64,000 nt of DNA from Candidatus Thermosaccharophagus tengchongensis (GTDB lineage Bacteria; Armatimonadota; Fervidibacteria; Fervidibacterales; Thermosaccharophagaceae), in NCBI GenBank assembly GCA_032161105.1, contig JAVHTD010000005.1; one strand, 5' to 3'. The number at the start of each line of letters is the position of its first letter. The stretch's first letter is position 1. The translations under genes were made by a program, and so were the position numbers. This document shows, piece by piece, positions 30,182 through 39,890 of the stretch. A model generated the notes under the pieces. The model worked only from the letters and a program-made list of their open reading frames with translations. It was not told the origin of the DNA and did not search any database.

Positions 30182-31015
30182 ATGCTTCTCCTAATGTTTG
30201 CCAAGCACCTTCAGGAGTTGGGCATTGAGGGTATGGCGGATGCGATTGCTGAACTCGGCTTTGACGGCGTTGACCTGACCGTGAGAGAAGGCGGTAGCAT
30301 TGCCCCAAGTGATGCGAAGCATCATCTCCCGAAGGCGAAAAAGGCATTTGAGGAGCGTGGGCTTGTCATCGGGATGCTCACGACATCAATCACATCGCCG
30401 AATGATGGGCATGTTGAGGACATAGTCGGGAGCGCAAGCGACCTCGGGATAAAGTTCATCAAGCTCGGGTATTGGCGATACGATGCCTTTGGAACGCTCA
30501 GAGGGCGCATAAGCGATGTGCGTCGCTCACTTAGCGGTCTGGAGAAAATCGCCGAAAGATATGGCGTCACATTTGGCGTGCACACGCACAGCGGCAACTT
30601 CGTCACTTGCGATGGCGCAATCACTTTCATGCTCCTTGATGGCTTTCCGAGTGAGCGAATTTGCGCATACATTGATCCAGGTCACATGACAGTTGAGGGT
30701 GGTCTTTGCGGTTGGAAGGCGTGCATTGACTTACTCGGCGATTATGTTCGCATGGTTGCCGTTAAGGATTTTGCATGGCGTGCGGTGAAGGACGAATTTG
30801 GCAATGTCAAATGGAGGGTTGAAGCGGCGCCGTTGCGCGACGGCATAACCAGATGGGATGAGGTTTTTGACTGCCTTTCAAAGCTCGGCTTTGATGGCGT
30901 CATAAGCGTGCACAGCGAGTATCCGAATATGAGCGCGCATCAGATCATTGAGCAGACGAGGCTTGACCTCCAATACCTTCGCCCGATAATTGAGAGCACA
31001 TTGCGCAGGAGTTAG
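30182..31015 (+). CDS. Sugar phosphate isomerase/epimerase (xylose-isomerase-like TIM barrel)
   Basis: Motifs LGFDGVDLTVR, HTHSG, DPGH, VKDF and SVHSEY. ATG follows GAGGTGA. Confidence 0.8.
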   Translation: MLLLMFAKHLQELGIEGMADAIAELGFDGVDLTVREGGSIAPSDAKHHLPKAKKAFEERGLVIGMLTTSITSPNDGHVEDIVGSASDLGIKFIKLGYWRYDAFGTLRGRISDVRRSLSGLEKIAERYGVTFGVHTHSGNFVTCDGAITFMLLDGFPSERICAYIDPGHMTVEGGLCGWKACIDLLGDYVRMVAVKDFAWRAVKDEFGNVKWRVEAAPLRDGITRWDEVFDCLSKLGFDGVISVHSEYPNMSAHQIIEQTRLDLQYLRPIIESTLRRS

Positions 31016-31075
31016 GGCACTCCGTGCGTCGGTGAAAAAAAACAGCTTTGGAAACTTCATCCCGATTCGGATAAG

Positions 31076-32632
31076 GTGCATCGTTGCATGGCGAAAGGGT
31101 GGCTCATTGCGATTTTAATCCTCGTTGCAAGCGTCTTCAGCGCTTTTCTGCTCAACGCTTGTCCGAGGCATAGCCGTTATAGGCTTGAGCTTTACATCCA
31201 GTCAATCGGGCGATATGGCGATGGCGTTTGGAGGGTTGGCGCATCAAAGGCGGCGATAACGCCATTTGTGTGCGCAAACTTCGTTGACAGTGATGGCGAT
31301 GGGCGATACGAGCCGATGAGCGGCGATAGGTTGAGCGGGACGAGGATTTGGCTTGCTGGCTTTCACAATTCACGCCCCGCCTCAAGGGTGCATGACCAAC
31401 TTTGGGCGAGGGCTGTTGCCATTGATAATGGCGTTCACCGAATTGGCATCATTTCACTTGACCTGATTGGCTTGTTTTACGACGATGTGATTGACATACG
31501 AAATGAAGCTGAGCGGGTTGGCGCTAAATGTGACTACATCGTTGTGGCGTGCACGCACAACCACAACTCGCCAGATACGCTCGGTCTGTGGGGGCGATTC
31601 AGATTTTCGTGTGGCGTTGATGCGAGCTATCTGGAGATGGTGAAGCGGATGGCGGTTAAGGCGCTCACGGAAGCCATCTCAAACATGCGCAGTTGCAGGC
31701 TCTCGGTCGCTCAAGCCAAAACTGGCGTTGATGGGTTGATTGGCGATTCACGCCCACCGTTCGTGGTTGATGATAGGCTCACCGTGATGCATTTTTATGA
31801 TGCCACCACGCATGAGACAGTGTGCGCCATTGTTCATTGGGCGAATCATCCAGAGGCGTTTGGCTCAAGGAATACGATGGTCACATCCGACTTTGTTCAC
31901 TGGGTGCGCACCACAGTTGAGAATGGCATTCGGTTGCCAGACGGCGGTTTTGTGGGCGGGCTTGGCGGTATTGCGATTTACATCAACGGCGCAATCGGCG
32001 GATTGATGAGCCCGATGGGCGTGAGCGTGCGTTCGCTCGATGGGCGAGTCATTAAAGCTGACGGCTTGGAGAAAGCGAAAGCGCTCGGTGAGAGAGTCGG
32101 GTTGCTTGCGCTTAAGCATATCCGCAATGCCAAGTTCGTAAACGACACATCGGTTGAAGTTCGCTCAAGGACAATAACGCTCCCAATTGAAAATTGGCTT
32201 CTCAGAATTGGAGCGCACATCGGTGTGATCAGGCATGGCTATTTTGTTCTTCGCTCCGCCGTCCCAACGGAGATAGCGTTCATTCGGCTCGGCGAAGTCA
32301 GCATGCTCTGCATACCTGGAGAGCTATATCCCGAGATTGTGATTGGAGGCGTGGAATCGCCGAGTGGTGCGGACTATGGCGGTGAAGTTTGTGAGAGCCC
32401 ACCACTGATTGAACTCATGCCAACAAAATTTTCGCTGGTCATTGGGTTGGCGAATGACGAGCTCGGATATTTTATCCCGAAGACGCAATGGGATGCTCGT
32501 CCACCGTATTCGTATGGGGAATGCCATTATGGCGAGGCAATGTCGCTCGGTCCAAATGCGGCATGTTCGCTTTACCGAGAGTTTGTGCGCTTGATGAAGT
32601 CAACCGCCGATGAACTAAAGAGCCGCGATTGA
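31076..32632 (+). CDS. Secreted ceramidase-like hydrolase
   Basis: Signal/TM segment plus motifs HDQLWARA, CTHNHNSPD, WANHPE, TSDF, PGELYPE and GYFIP. Confidence 0.7.
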   Translation: MHRCMAKGWLIAILILVASVFSAFLLNACPRHSRYRLELYIQSIGRYGDGVWRVGASKAAITPFVCANFVDSDGDGRYEPMSGDRLSGTRIWLAGFHNSRPASRVHDQLWARAVAIDNGVHRIGIISLDLIGLFYDDVIDIRNEAERVGAKCDYIVVACTHNHNSPDTLGLWGRFRFSCGVDASYLEMVKRMAVKALTEAISNMRSCRLSVAQAKTGVDGLIGDSRPPFVVDDRLTVMHFYDATTHETVCAIVHWANHPEAFGSRNTMVTSDFVHWVRTTVENGIRLPDGGFVGGLGGIAIYINGAIGGLMSPMGVSVRSLDGRVIKADGLEKAKALGERVGLLALKHIRNAKFVNDTSVEVRSRTITLPIENWLLRIGAHIGVIRHGYFVLRSAVPTEIAFIRLGEVSMLCIPGELYPEIVIGGVESPSGADYGGEVCESPPLIELMPTKFSLVIGLANDELGYFIPKTQWDARPPYSYGECHYGEAMSLGPNAACSLYREFVRLMKSTADELKSRD

Positions 32633-32826
32633 GCTCAAACTTCCCACATTCACACATCGCTTGCGCTATCCAACTATCGCCATGTTAGCTGGATGCAAAG
32701 CCCATCCGACCACTGAGCGAGTTTTTGAACCCCAATCCGCATTCGGTGTAATGAGAGATTGCTTCCCATGGCAAATTGTGACAAAGTCTGTTTTAGCCGT
32801 GAGACGCGCTAAGGGGGTGCACGCAG

Positions 32827-33126
32827 ATGGAGGCATTGGCTGCCTTTTTATGGCTGACGGTTTTCCTGTTTGGGTGCGTGGTGCTCATTTTGATGTGCAT
32901 CTCCGTCTACTTCCAGTGGCGCATTTTGGGTGTGCTTGCGAGCCTTGAGGCATACATGCGTCAGTTTGCGACCGCAAAGTCAGAGAAGCCTGCCGAGGAA
33001 CCAAGTGGAGAGCCGTTGAGCAATTCCGATGCACGCCGCGAGGCGACCAAAGAGGATGTGCAGTGCCATTCCGCAAGTGATGCATTGCAGGGGGACAAAG
33101 CCAATGAGCTTGCGAATCCAATTTAA
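32827..33126 (+). CDS. Small single-TM hypothetical protein
   Basis: SD GGGGTG, a hydrophobic N-terminal helix and an acidic tail. Confidence 0.5.
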   Translation: MEALAAFLWLTVFLFGCVVLILMCISVYFQWRILGVLASLEAYMRQFATAKSEKPAEEPSGEPLSNSDARREATKEDVQCHSASDALQGDKANELANPI

Positions 33127-33196
33127 CCGAGTGACTTGCTCACAGATGCGGCGAGTGACTCCGTGGAATTAGCTGCCTTGACTCCCGTTCTTTGAG

Positions 33197-34315
33197 GTGA
33201 GTGTTGGAGTGTGGCGCAACAGTGCCTCAAGCGATCGCGCTGTCAACCACATCGTGATTTTGGTAGCCGTTGCTGTTTTGCTCTTTCTCCTATACAGGCT
33301 GAGGGCTATATTGCCCCTCTTCATTGTGGGCATGCTGCTTGCCTATCTCCTTGATCCAATCGTTGACGGACTTGAAAGCAGAGGATGGTCTCGCAGTATG
33401 GCATCTCTTATCTCGTTCAGCTTCTTCCTTCTCCTATTCGCGGCGGTGGTGATAGCGATTGCGCCACTCGTCATTTCTCAAGTGCAGTCGCTCATTGAGG
33501 AGTGCATGCCTCCTCATGGGCGCTATTACATGTTCGCAATCAAACTGCTAAAGAGGATTGAGGAGAATAGCTCTTCAAACCCATTCATTGCGTATGCCTT
33601 GCAAGCGCTCGGCAGCCTCTCAAAGCAAATTGGCGAATTCATGCTTGAGCGGATTAAATGGGCTGTGACATCAATTGGGAGCTTGCTCTCAGTCCTGCTG
33701 TTGCCGTTCATCACTTATTACTGGCTTCAGGTTATTGACCCGCTTCGCCAAAGGGTGCTTGCGCTCATACCAGTGGAACATCGCGCTGAAGTTGTAACAT
33801 TGCTTCATGAGACCAGCAAATTGATTGGGCGATACTTTCGCGGCTTCATGCTGATGTGCATTTGCGTCGGCTTTGTTGACGGAATTCTCCTGTGGATCAT
33901 TTCCTTCATCTTCGGCAACGACCACGCTGCTGCAATTGGCTTCTTCGCTGGCATAACATACTCAATCCCATACTTCGGAACCATCGGGAGCACCATCCTC
34001 GCCCTTTTTGTTGGTTACTTGACGAGCGAGCACTACCGAATTTGGGCAGCGTTGTGCTCAGCAGGTGTGATCGTGATCGTCAACCAAGTTTTTGATTGGC
34101 TCATAGTGCCGAAGGTGATTGGGCAAAGGGTCGGATTGCCGCCGCTTGTCGCCATTTTCTCGGTCATGGCTGGCAGCGTTATGTTTGGCATTGTCGGGAT
34201 GATAATCGCAGTGCCGTTGGCTGGTTGCATAAAGCTTGCTCTAATGCAGTTTGCTCCAAAGCTGTTTGAGCCAGTTGGGGAGTCCGATAAGGGTCATGCG
34301 GAAGTGGGCAATTAA
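33197..34315 (+). CDS. AI-2E family (PerM) transporter
   Basis: Motifs LAYLLDPIVD, IPYFG, PKVIGQRVGLPP and GIVGMIIAVP. Confidence 0.87.
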   Translation: MSVGVWRNSASSDRAVNHIVILVAVAVLLFLLYRLRAILPLFIVGMLLAYLLDPIVDGLESRGWSRSMASLISFSFFLLLFAAVVIAIAPLVISQVQSLIEECMPPHGRYYMFAIKLLKRIEENSSSNPFIAYALQALGSLSKQIGEFMLERIKWAVTSIGSLLSVLLLPFITYYWLQVIDPLRQRVLALIPVEHRAEVVTLLHETSKLIGRYFRGFMLMCICVGFVDGILLWIISFIFGNDHAAAIGFFAGITYSIPYFGTIGSTILALFVGYLTSEHYRIWAALCSAGVIVIVNQVFDWLIVPKVIGQRVGLPPLVAIFSVMAGSVMFGIVGMIIAVPLAGCIKLALMQFAPKLFEPVGESDKGHAEVGN

Positions 34316-34442
34316 AAGTCCGATGGGCATTTTAATGCGTTGAGCTGTTGGCTTTGGATGAGGGCATCGCAGTAAGCTCACACATGCTAAAATTGAGCAT
34401 TGTGATCGGCGAGTTTGCTGACTCAGATGAGGGGGTGAGAGG

Positions 34443-36206
34443 ATGCGCAGGGTGTGCATTGCTCTTTTGGGCTCTTTAGCTTTGGATGCTATTGGTGGTG
34501 TTGGCATGGCGGCTGTTGTCATTGCTGAGCGCGGCGGGAGCAACTACCGAATCGTTATAGCCAAGGATGCCATACCATCGGAGCAGTATGCTGCGCAGGA
34601 GTTGCAACGCTACATAGAGCGCATGAGTGGTGCGAAGTTGCCGATAGTCACCGACGACCAACCGATGCAGAAGCGAGAGATCATGGTTGGTGAAAGCGCG
34701 CATACGAAAAAATTGCGTTTGAGGGTTGATGTGAAGGGGCTTGGCACGGATGGATTCATAATGCAAACTGTCGGGGAGAGTTTGATTATAGTTGGCGGAA
34801 AACCCAGAGGGACGCTGTATGGGGTTTATGCATTGCTTGAAGAGAAGTTTGGCGTGCGTTGGTTTGCACCCGATGTTGAGTATGTTCCGAAGGTTGAAAG
34901 GATTGAGTTGCCAAAATTGAACGAGATGCAAATTCCCGCTTTTGAATACCGAGAGGTCTTTTGGACGGAAATGATGCGAGATGCCGATTTTGCGGCTCGC
35001 CATAGGTTGAATGGACAGCATTACAGGTTGACCGAGAAGCATGGTGGAAGGGCTGTTGTGTTTTACCCGTTTGTGCACAGCTTTGATCTGCTTATCCCAA
35101 GGGAACTTTACAAGGAGCATCCAGAGTATTTCCCACTGATAGGTGGAAAGCGTATCAACGGCTATGTGCAGCGCTGCCTGTCAAATCCTGATGTTTTGAG
35201 GCTCGCTATTGAGCGGGTTCGGCAATGGATAAAAGAGCATCCTGAAGCGACGATAATAGATGTCTCGCAGAACGACACTGGCAATTGGTGCCAGTGTGAG
35301 AATTGTAAGTCGCTTGATGACGCTGAGGGCTCACCATCGGCGTCAATCATTCGCTTTGTCAATGCCATAGCCGAAGCCATTGAGAAGGAATATCCGCACA
35401 TTCGCATAGAGACACTCGCTTACACTTACAGCCGAAGACCGCCAAAGACGCTTCGCCCAAGGCACAATGTCATAATCAGACTATGCTCAATAGAGTGCTG
35501 TTTTTCGCACCCACTTGATGGCTGTCCATCGGAGCAAAACAAGCGCTTTGTGGAGGACATCAAAGCGTGGCGAAATGTTGCGCCGATACTCTATGTATGG
35601 GATTACACGACAAACTTTGCCCATTACATTCAGCCATTCCCCAACTTGGAGGTGCTTCAAGCGAATGTGCAATTCTTCTCAAAGCATAATGTAGTTGGCC
35701 TGTTTGAGCAGGGTAACTACTCTCAAGGCGGCAATGGTGAGATGGCACCATTGCGCTCTTACCTGCTCGCAAAGCTGCTGTGGAATCCGAATACCGATGT
35801 TAAAAAGCACATGGATGGGTTCCTCAATGGCTATTACGGCAATGCAGCAAAACCGATACGGGCTTACATTGACTTGCTCCATTCAAGAGTTCGTGAGAAG
35901 GGTTACCACGCCCACATTTATGATCCACCCACTGCCCCGTATATCAACGACGATGAGTTTTTGAATACCGCAGAGAAGTTGTTTGATGAGGCTGAAGCTG
36001 TTGCTGGTGACGATTCAATTCGTTTCAGAGTGCAGGTGACACGCTTGCCAATTTGGTATGTGAAGCTCGCGACAAACAGGGTAAAGGGAGACGAGAGGAA
36101 GAAGTTGATTGAGCGTTTTCTTGAGGTTGCAAGAAAGGCAGGCGTAACAAACATAAGTGAGGGAAAGAGCCTTAATGCGTGGGCGAAGGAAATGGGCGCT
36201 ATGTGA
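34443..36206 (+). CDS. Secreted DUF4838-type glycoside-hydrolase-like protein
   Basis: Signal peptide. GH67-N-like region (AAQELQRY, RGTLYGVY), then PAFEYRE, HPEYF, SQND..WCQCENC and TLAY. Confidence 0.75.
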   Translation: MRRVCIALLGSLALDAIGGVGMAAVVIAERGGSNYRIVIAKDAIPSEQYAAQELQRYIERMSGAKLPIVTDDQPMQKREIMVGESAHTKKLRLRVDVKGLGTDGFIMQTVGESLIIVGGKPRGTLYGVYALLEEKFGVRWFAPDVEYVPKVERIELPKLNEMQIPAFEYREVFWTEMMRDADFAARHRLNGQHYRLTEKHGGRAVVFYPFVHSFDLLIPRELYKEHPEYFPLIGGKRINGYVQRCLSNPDVLRLAIERVRQWIKEHPEATIIDVSQNDTGNWCQCENCKSLDDAEGSPSASIIRFVNAIAEAIEKEYPHIRIETLAYTYSRRPPKTLRPRHNVIIRLCSIECCFSHPLDGCPSEQNKRFVEDIKAWRNVAPILYVWDYTTNFAHYIQPFPNLEVLQANVQFFSKHNVVGLFEQGNYSQGGNGEMAPLRSYLLAKLLWNPNTDVKKHMDGFLNGYYGNAAKPIRAYIDLLHSRVREKGYHAHIYDPPTAPYINDDEFLNTAEKLFDEAEAVAGDDSIRFRVQVTRLPIWYVKLATNRVKGDERKKLIERFLEVARKAGVTNISEGKSLNAWAKEMGAM

Positions 36207-36329
36207 GGCTATCTCCTTTGGTGAGGTAAGTTATCGCCCTGCGTTGCTGCGCAATGTTTTATAGCGCAGGAGCATCATTAGCATCGGGTTTGAATTGCGA
36301 TATCGTCCACGGACGCTCCGCAGTTCGGG

Positions 36330-36369
36330 TTGACTTTGACAAATAAGTGCGTTAAACTGATGTAACGCA
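36330..36369 (+). promoter_or_regulatory. Sigma70-type promoter overlapped by an inverted-repeat operator
   Basis: TTGACT (36330-36335), 17 nt, then TAAACT (36353-36358). TGCGTTA-N8-TAACGCA spans 36348-36369. Confidence 0.55.
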
Positions 36370-36468
36370 ATGTGGGGTGAGGGAGCAATTTGCCCCAAGG
36401 TGTTTATGCGCCCGTAAGGTAACTGGTGTTCAACGAGAGCCAGTTTTTTGACGAGGGAGTTGAGAGGG

Positions 36469-37317
36469 ATGGTTGAGAGGGGCGTTATTTTGGCAGCTGG
36501 GCGTGGAACAAGGTTACACCCCGTTACAAAGACGCAGCCAAAGGAAATGGTCCCAGTTGGCAGGAAGCCAGCAATTGAATATATCGTTGAGGAATTAGCG
36601 CAAGCTGGTATCGCAGACATCCTCATAGTGACGGGGAAACAGAAGTCTTCATTGGAAGCATATTTTGATGATGGTGTCCCGCCCAAATACGACTCGTCGG
36701 TAAATGGCGCTCGCATTTACTTTGTAAGGCAACCTCAACCGCTTGGCACAGGCGATGCGGTTAAGCGTGCGGTTGGTTGGACAAACGATAAACCGTTCGT
36801 CGTTGCGATGGGAGACTGCATAATTTGGTCAAGCAGCCGTGACAACATTACTCAAGAACTCATTGAAGTTCACGAACGATACAATGCTGCAGCAACAATC
36901 GCGGTTGAATTGGTGAGCAAACAGGAGACAAACAAATACGGCGTAGTCAGCGTTAAAGGACATGGACGAATAGCGCGGTTGACGGGCATTGTTGAAAAGC
37001 CACCGCCAGAGAAAGCTCCAAGCAGACTCGCCATTGCTGGAAGGTATGTGTTTGACCCGATTATCTATGATGCATTGAACGAGGTTGAGGTTTGCAATGA
37101 AGGTGAGTTGGGCATAACCGATGCGATCGCCGTATTAGTGAACAAGGGTTTTCCGGTTTATTGCGTCAGGCTTAAGAGAGGACAAGTTCGGATGGATGTC
37201 GGAAACTTTGAGGGTTACTTCAAAGCGTTCATTTGGGCTGCAATTAACGATAAGGAACATGGTGGCTTGATCGCTACCTTCATCCGACGGATACTCAATT
37301 CTACCAGACAGGTTTGA
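36469..37317 (+). CDS. Sugar-phosphate nucleotidyltransferase (GalU-like)
   Basis: Motifs ILAAGRGTRLHPVTKTQPKEM, RQPQPLGTGDAV, VEKP, GRYVF and DVGN. Confidence 0.85.
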   Translation: MVERGVILAAGRGTRLHPVTKTQPKEMVPVGRKPAIEYIVEELAQAGIADILIVTGKQKSSLEAYFDDGVPPKYDSSVNGARIYFVRQPQPLGTGDAVKRAVGWTNDKPFVVAMGDCIIWSSSRDNITQELIEVHERYNAAATIAVELVSKQETNKYGVVSVKGHGRIARLTGIVEKPPPEKAPSRLAIAGRYVFDPIIYDALNEVEVCNEGELGITDAIAVLVNKGFPVYCVRLKRGQVRMDVGNFEGYFKAFIWAAINDKEHGGLIATFIRRILNSTRQV

Positions 37318-37452
37318 AGCATGATCTTCTGATGCATGTCAATACCGCTTGCGACTTTCCAAATTGCCAAATCGCTGCTAAAATGGAATATAGAAGCGCA
37401 AGCTAAAGCTTGCGCACAAAAATAAAAAAATCAACACAGGGAGGTGTGAGCG

Positions 37453-37755
37453 ATGGAGGCAAAGTATGTGCTTGTCGTCACGAAGAATGGCTACGCAAAG
37501 CGAGTGCCCATAGAGGATGTGCGTGTCCGTAAGCGCCCTGCAAAGGGTGTTTCCGGAGTTGACCTTGCTGAAGGTGATACGCTCATTGCAGCACTGCCGG
37601 TTGGCGAGGGTGGTGAGATTGTCGTCGCAACAGTGCAAGGGCGCGTTGTCAGACTTAGGTTGGAAGAAATCAAGACCGCATCGCGCTCCGCAAAAGGCTC
37701 TCGCTTGATGGTGCTTGAGGAGGGCGACTCTATAGCCAGTGTTGCTCTCATATAG
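37453..37755 (+). CDS. Stand-alone protein made of two DNA gyrase A C-terminal (beta-pinwheel) repeats
   Basis: Two ~48-aa repeats: VLVVTKNGYAKRVPIEDVRVRKRPAKGV..LAEGDTLIAA and IVVATVQGRVVRLRLEEIKTASRSAKGS..LEEGDSIASV. SD GGAGGTG, double stop TAGTAG and its own terminator. Confidence 0.8.
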   Translation: MEAKYVLVVTKNGYAKRVPIEDVRVRKRPAKGVSGVDLAEGDTLIAALPVGEGGEIVVATVQGRVVRLRLEEIKTASRSAKGSRLMVLEEGDSIASVALI

Positions 37756-37812
37756 TAGACACAAGCTGCCAAATGGAAGTGTAGGGGAACATTCAGCTGC
37801 AATTAAAAGTGC

Positions 37813-37850
37813 AAGCGTCGGGTTAGGATACCCGACGCTTTTGCTATTTT
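37813..37850 (+). terminator. Intrinsic terminator after the mini-GyrA-CTD gene
   Basis: 11-bp perfect stem AAGCGTCGGGT / ACCCGACGCTT followed by TTGCTATTTT. Confidence 0.75.
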
Positions 37851-37900
37851 AGGCTCTATTCTGTGGAAAGGTATTCAGTGATGCATCGGAGGTAGGGGAT

Positions 37901-37925
37901 AAAAAGCCCCTACGGGTGGCTTTTT
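37901..37925. terminator. Probable (bidirectional) intrinsic terminator at the end of the yqhG-like gene
   Basis: AAAAAGCCCC-TAC-GGGTGGC-TTTTT: a GC hairpin flanked by A5 and T5. Confidence 0.6.
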
Positions 37926-39861
37926 AGCTCCATTTCTTCAGGTGGCGTAAGAGCCATAGCGTGCTTAATTGCTTCGTTAAAATTGTTTTGCCAGAGCCAT
38001 CGGCAACAACGAGCAAGCCGTTCATCCCGTCACGCCACAGATAAATTGCCCTGTATTGCGTCGCAATAAAACGGCAGTTTTTCCCCTTTAAATCGTGTTT
38101 TGGCATTGGCTGTGGAAGCAATGATGGTGGTAGTTTGCGCTCCAGCGATTTGAGCAAATTAATGCATAAGCTGCACATTGTTTTCCCTTTCAAGCACGAA
38201 AAGCAGTATCTTTGCTCGCAAAGTATGCATTTGCTACTGCACAGGTGGCAAACAGTTGCCCCACAAATGCCGCACTGCGTGACATGTTTCGGGCAAACTA
38301 TTTTAGCGCATGATTGACAATAAACGACATGTTCGCTGCAGAGGGTAGTTGAACAACAGTTGGCTCTAAAAGCGTGCATTGTGCAAATATTTGAACCGCA
38401 ACTTGAGCAAATATTTCTGCATTTCGCGCAAATTATTTGCCCACATGTTGAACACACTGAGCCGTCCTCAGCGCAGACAGACTTGCCACAGGTGGAGCAT
38501 CTGTGAATTCTCTCACTGTTTTGTTGCAAACAATCATTACAAATTGCCTTATCACACACAGTGCAGATAATGGCATCATTGGCACATACAATCTTTCCAC
38601 ATATGTAGCATTCAGCTGAACACATCTTACAGATTCCTCTCCCGCAAAACTCACATTTTGCGCTGTGTGGCTCGCAAATTCGCTTGCCGCAAATTTCGCA
38701 CACCATAAAGCATTCCTTGCAAACAGGCAGATTGCAAATTTCGCAAAAGCCCTCAATGCAACCTCTGCAGTATGCTCTGCCACATGTTGAGCATTCCAAA
38801 ATGCAATCGCTACACACAGCGTGTTTACATGCGCAAAGGTTTACAAGGCTCATTTGTGAGGCACAACTGGCACATGTTGGGAGAGCGAAAGTGCCATCAT
38901 AAAGGTTGTGGTAAGCCTTGAAGGACAGTTGATGTGAGTCCTGCACCACAGTAAACTTGAATTCAGCCACTGGAACGCTAATTTCAGCGATACCCACAAC
39001 ATGAATTGAGACGAAAGGTTGACGCCTTTGCGCTTCCTCTTCCATCCTCTCATTCCTCTCATCAATCAACCTTTCCATTTCGTGCCAAAATTGCCTGCTA
39101 TTTCCCGCTTTGATGGCAGCTTCTCCGAACAGGCTGGAGTAATAGCTCGCAATGCGCATAAGTTCGGCTTTTGAGCGCTCACGCGCGGTTTTGGTCAACC
39201 CAGAAAGCCAATCTGATAGCAAACTTTCGTGCCTCTCTTTGAGCAATTCAAGGAGCTTTCTCAGAAGCGAACGGTTATACGATGGTTTTGCTGGTTTGGC
39301 GTCAAAAAGAATTCTGTCCACCCTGTGAGTGACATCCTCAACAAATCCGTTTTCAAGCACCATAAAGCTTTTTAGCGCGCCTTTTTCGTATGCTGGCGTG
39401 CAAGATAATGAGAGACTGACAAGTAAACCACGCAACTTTGCCCTCCTTCTCTTGACCGAGATAAGCTTGCAATTCCCGAAGCGCAAATTCGGCTCCGTTG
39501 GCTTTTCAACCTCGGGCAATTCAATGGCGATATGCAATGCAGCGGACTTTAGCCACTCGTGGACGCGATGGAAAAGTCGACTTCCGGGAGAAAATAGCAG
39601 GGCACCTTGAACAGCTTCGCACGCATCCTTTTCAAACACGACGATGAGCTCTTCACTGTCCCATTCAAACGGGGAACCTTCAGGCAACACGATTTGCAGC
39701 AATTTCCCTCTATCTATCACCTTTGCACCGATGGACTTGAAAAATTGGCGGCATAAAAAACGAAGCCATGATTCCAAATCATTGGCTGTGGTCGCATTAC
39801 ACACTGTATCCCGATCCAATCGCTCAAATTGCCGCATTTTTATCCCCCGCCGAGGGCACAA
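37924..39861 (-). CDS. YqhG-like helicase partner with a long C-terminal Cys/His tandem-repeat domain
   Basis: Directly downstream of the YqhH-like helicase. N-terminal PGSRLF and ELMRIASYY motifs and a coiled coil, then about 13 C-x2-C-x4-C-x2-[CHD] units. Confidence 0.6.
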   Translation of the reverse strand: MCPRRGIKMRQFERLDRDTVCNATTANDLESWLRFLCRQFFKSIGAKVIDRGKLLQIVLPEGSPFEWDSEELIVVFEKDACEAVQGALLFSPGSRLFHRVHEWLKSAALHIAIELPEVEKPTEPNLRFGNCKLISVKRRRAKLRGLLVSLSLSCTPAYEKGALKSFMVLENGFVEDVTHRVDRILFDAKPAKPSYNRSLLRKLLELLKERHESLLSDWLSGLTKTARERSKAELMRIASYYSSLFGEAAIKAGNSRQFWHEMERLIDERNERMEEEAQRRQPFVSIHVVGIAEISVPVAEFKFTVVQDSHQLSFKAYHNLYDGTFALPTCASCASQMSLVNLCACKHAVCSDCILECSTCGRAYCRGCIEGFCEICNLPVCKECFMVCEICGKRICEPHSAKCEFCGRGICKMCSAECYICGKIVCANDAIICTVCDKAICNDCLQQNSERIHRCSTCGKSVCAEDGSVCSTCGQIICAKCRNICSSCGSNICTMHAFRANCCSTTLCSEHVVYCQSCAKIVCPKHVTQCGICGATVCHLCSSKCILCEQRYCFSCLKGKTMCSLCINLLKSLERKLPPSLLPQPMPKHDLKGKNCRFIATQYRAIYLWRDGMNGLLVVADGSGKTILTKQLSTLWLLRHLKKWS

Positions 39862-39890
39862 CTTCGGCGATTAAACACATCCGCTCATCA

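Noticed and set aside
37453..37755. gyrA pseudogene fragment
   Set aside because: It has its own SD, a clean start at a blade boundary, a double stop and a terminator, and I see no upstream gyrA remnants.
38164..38880. Polyferredoxin or multiheme cytochrome
   Set aside because: Spacing is C-x2-C-x4-C-x2-[CHD], not CxxCxxCxxxCP or CxxCH, and there is no signal peptide.
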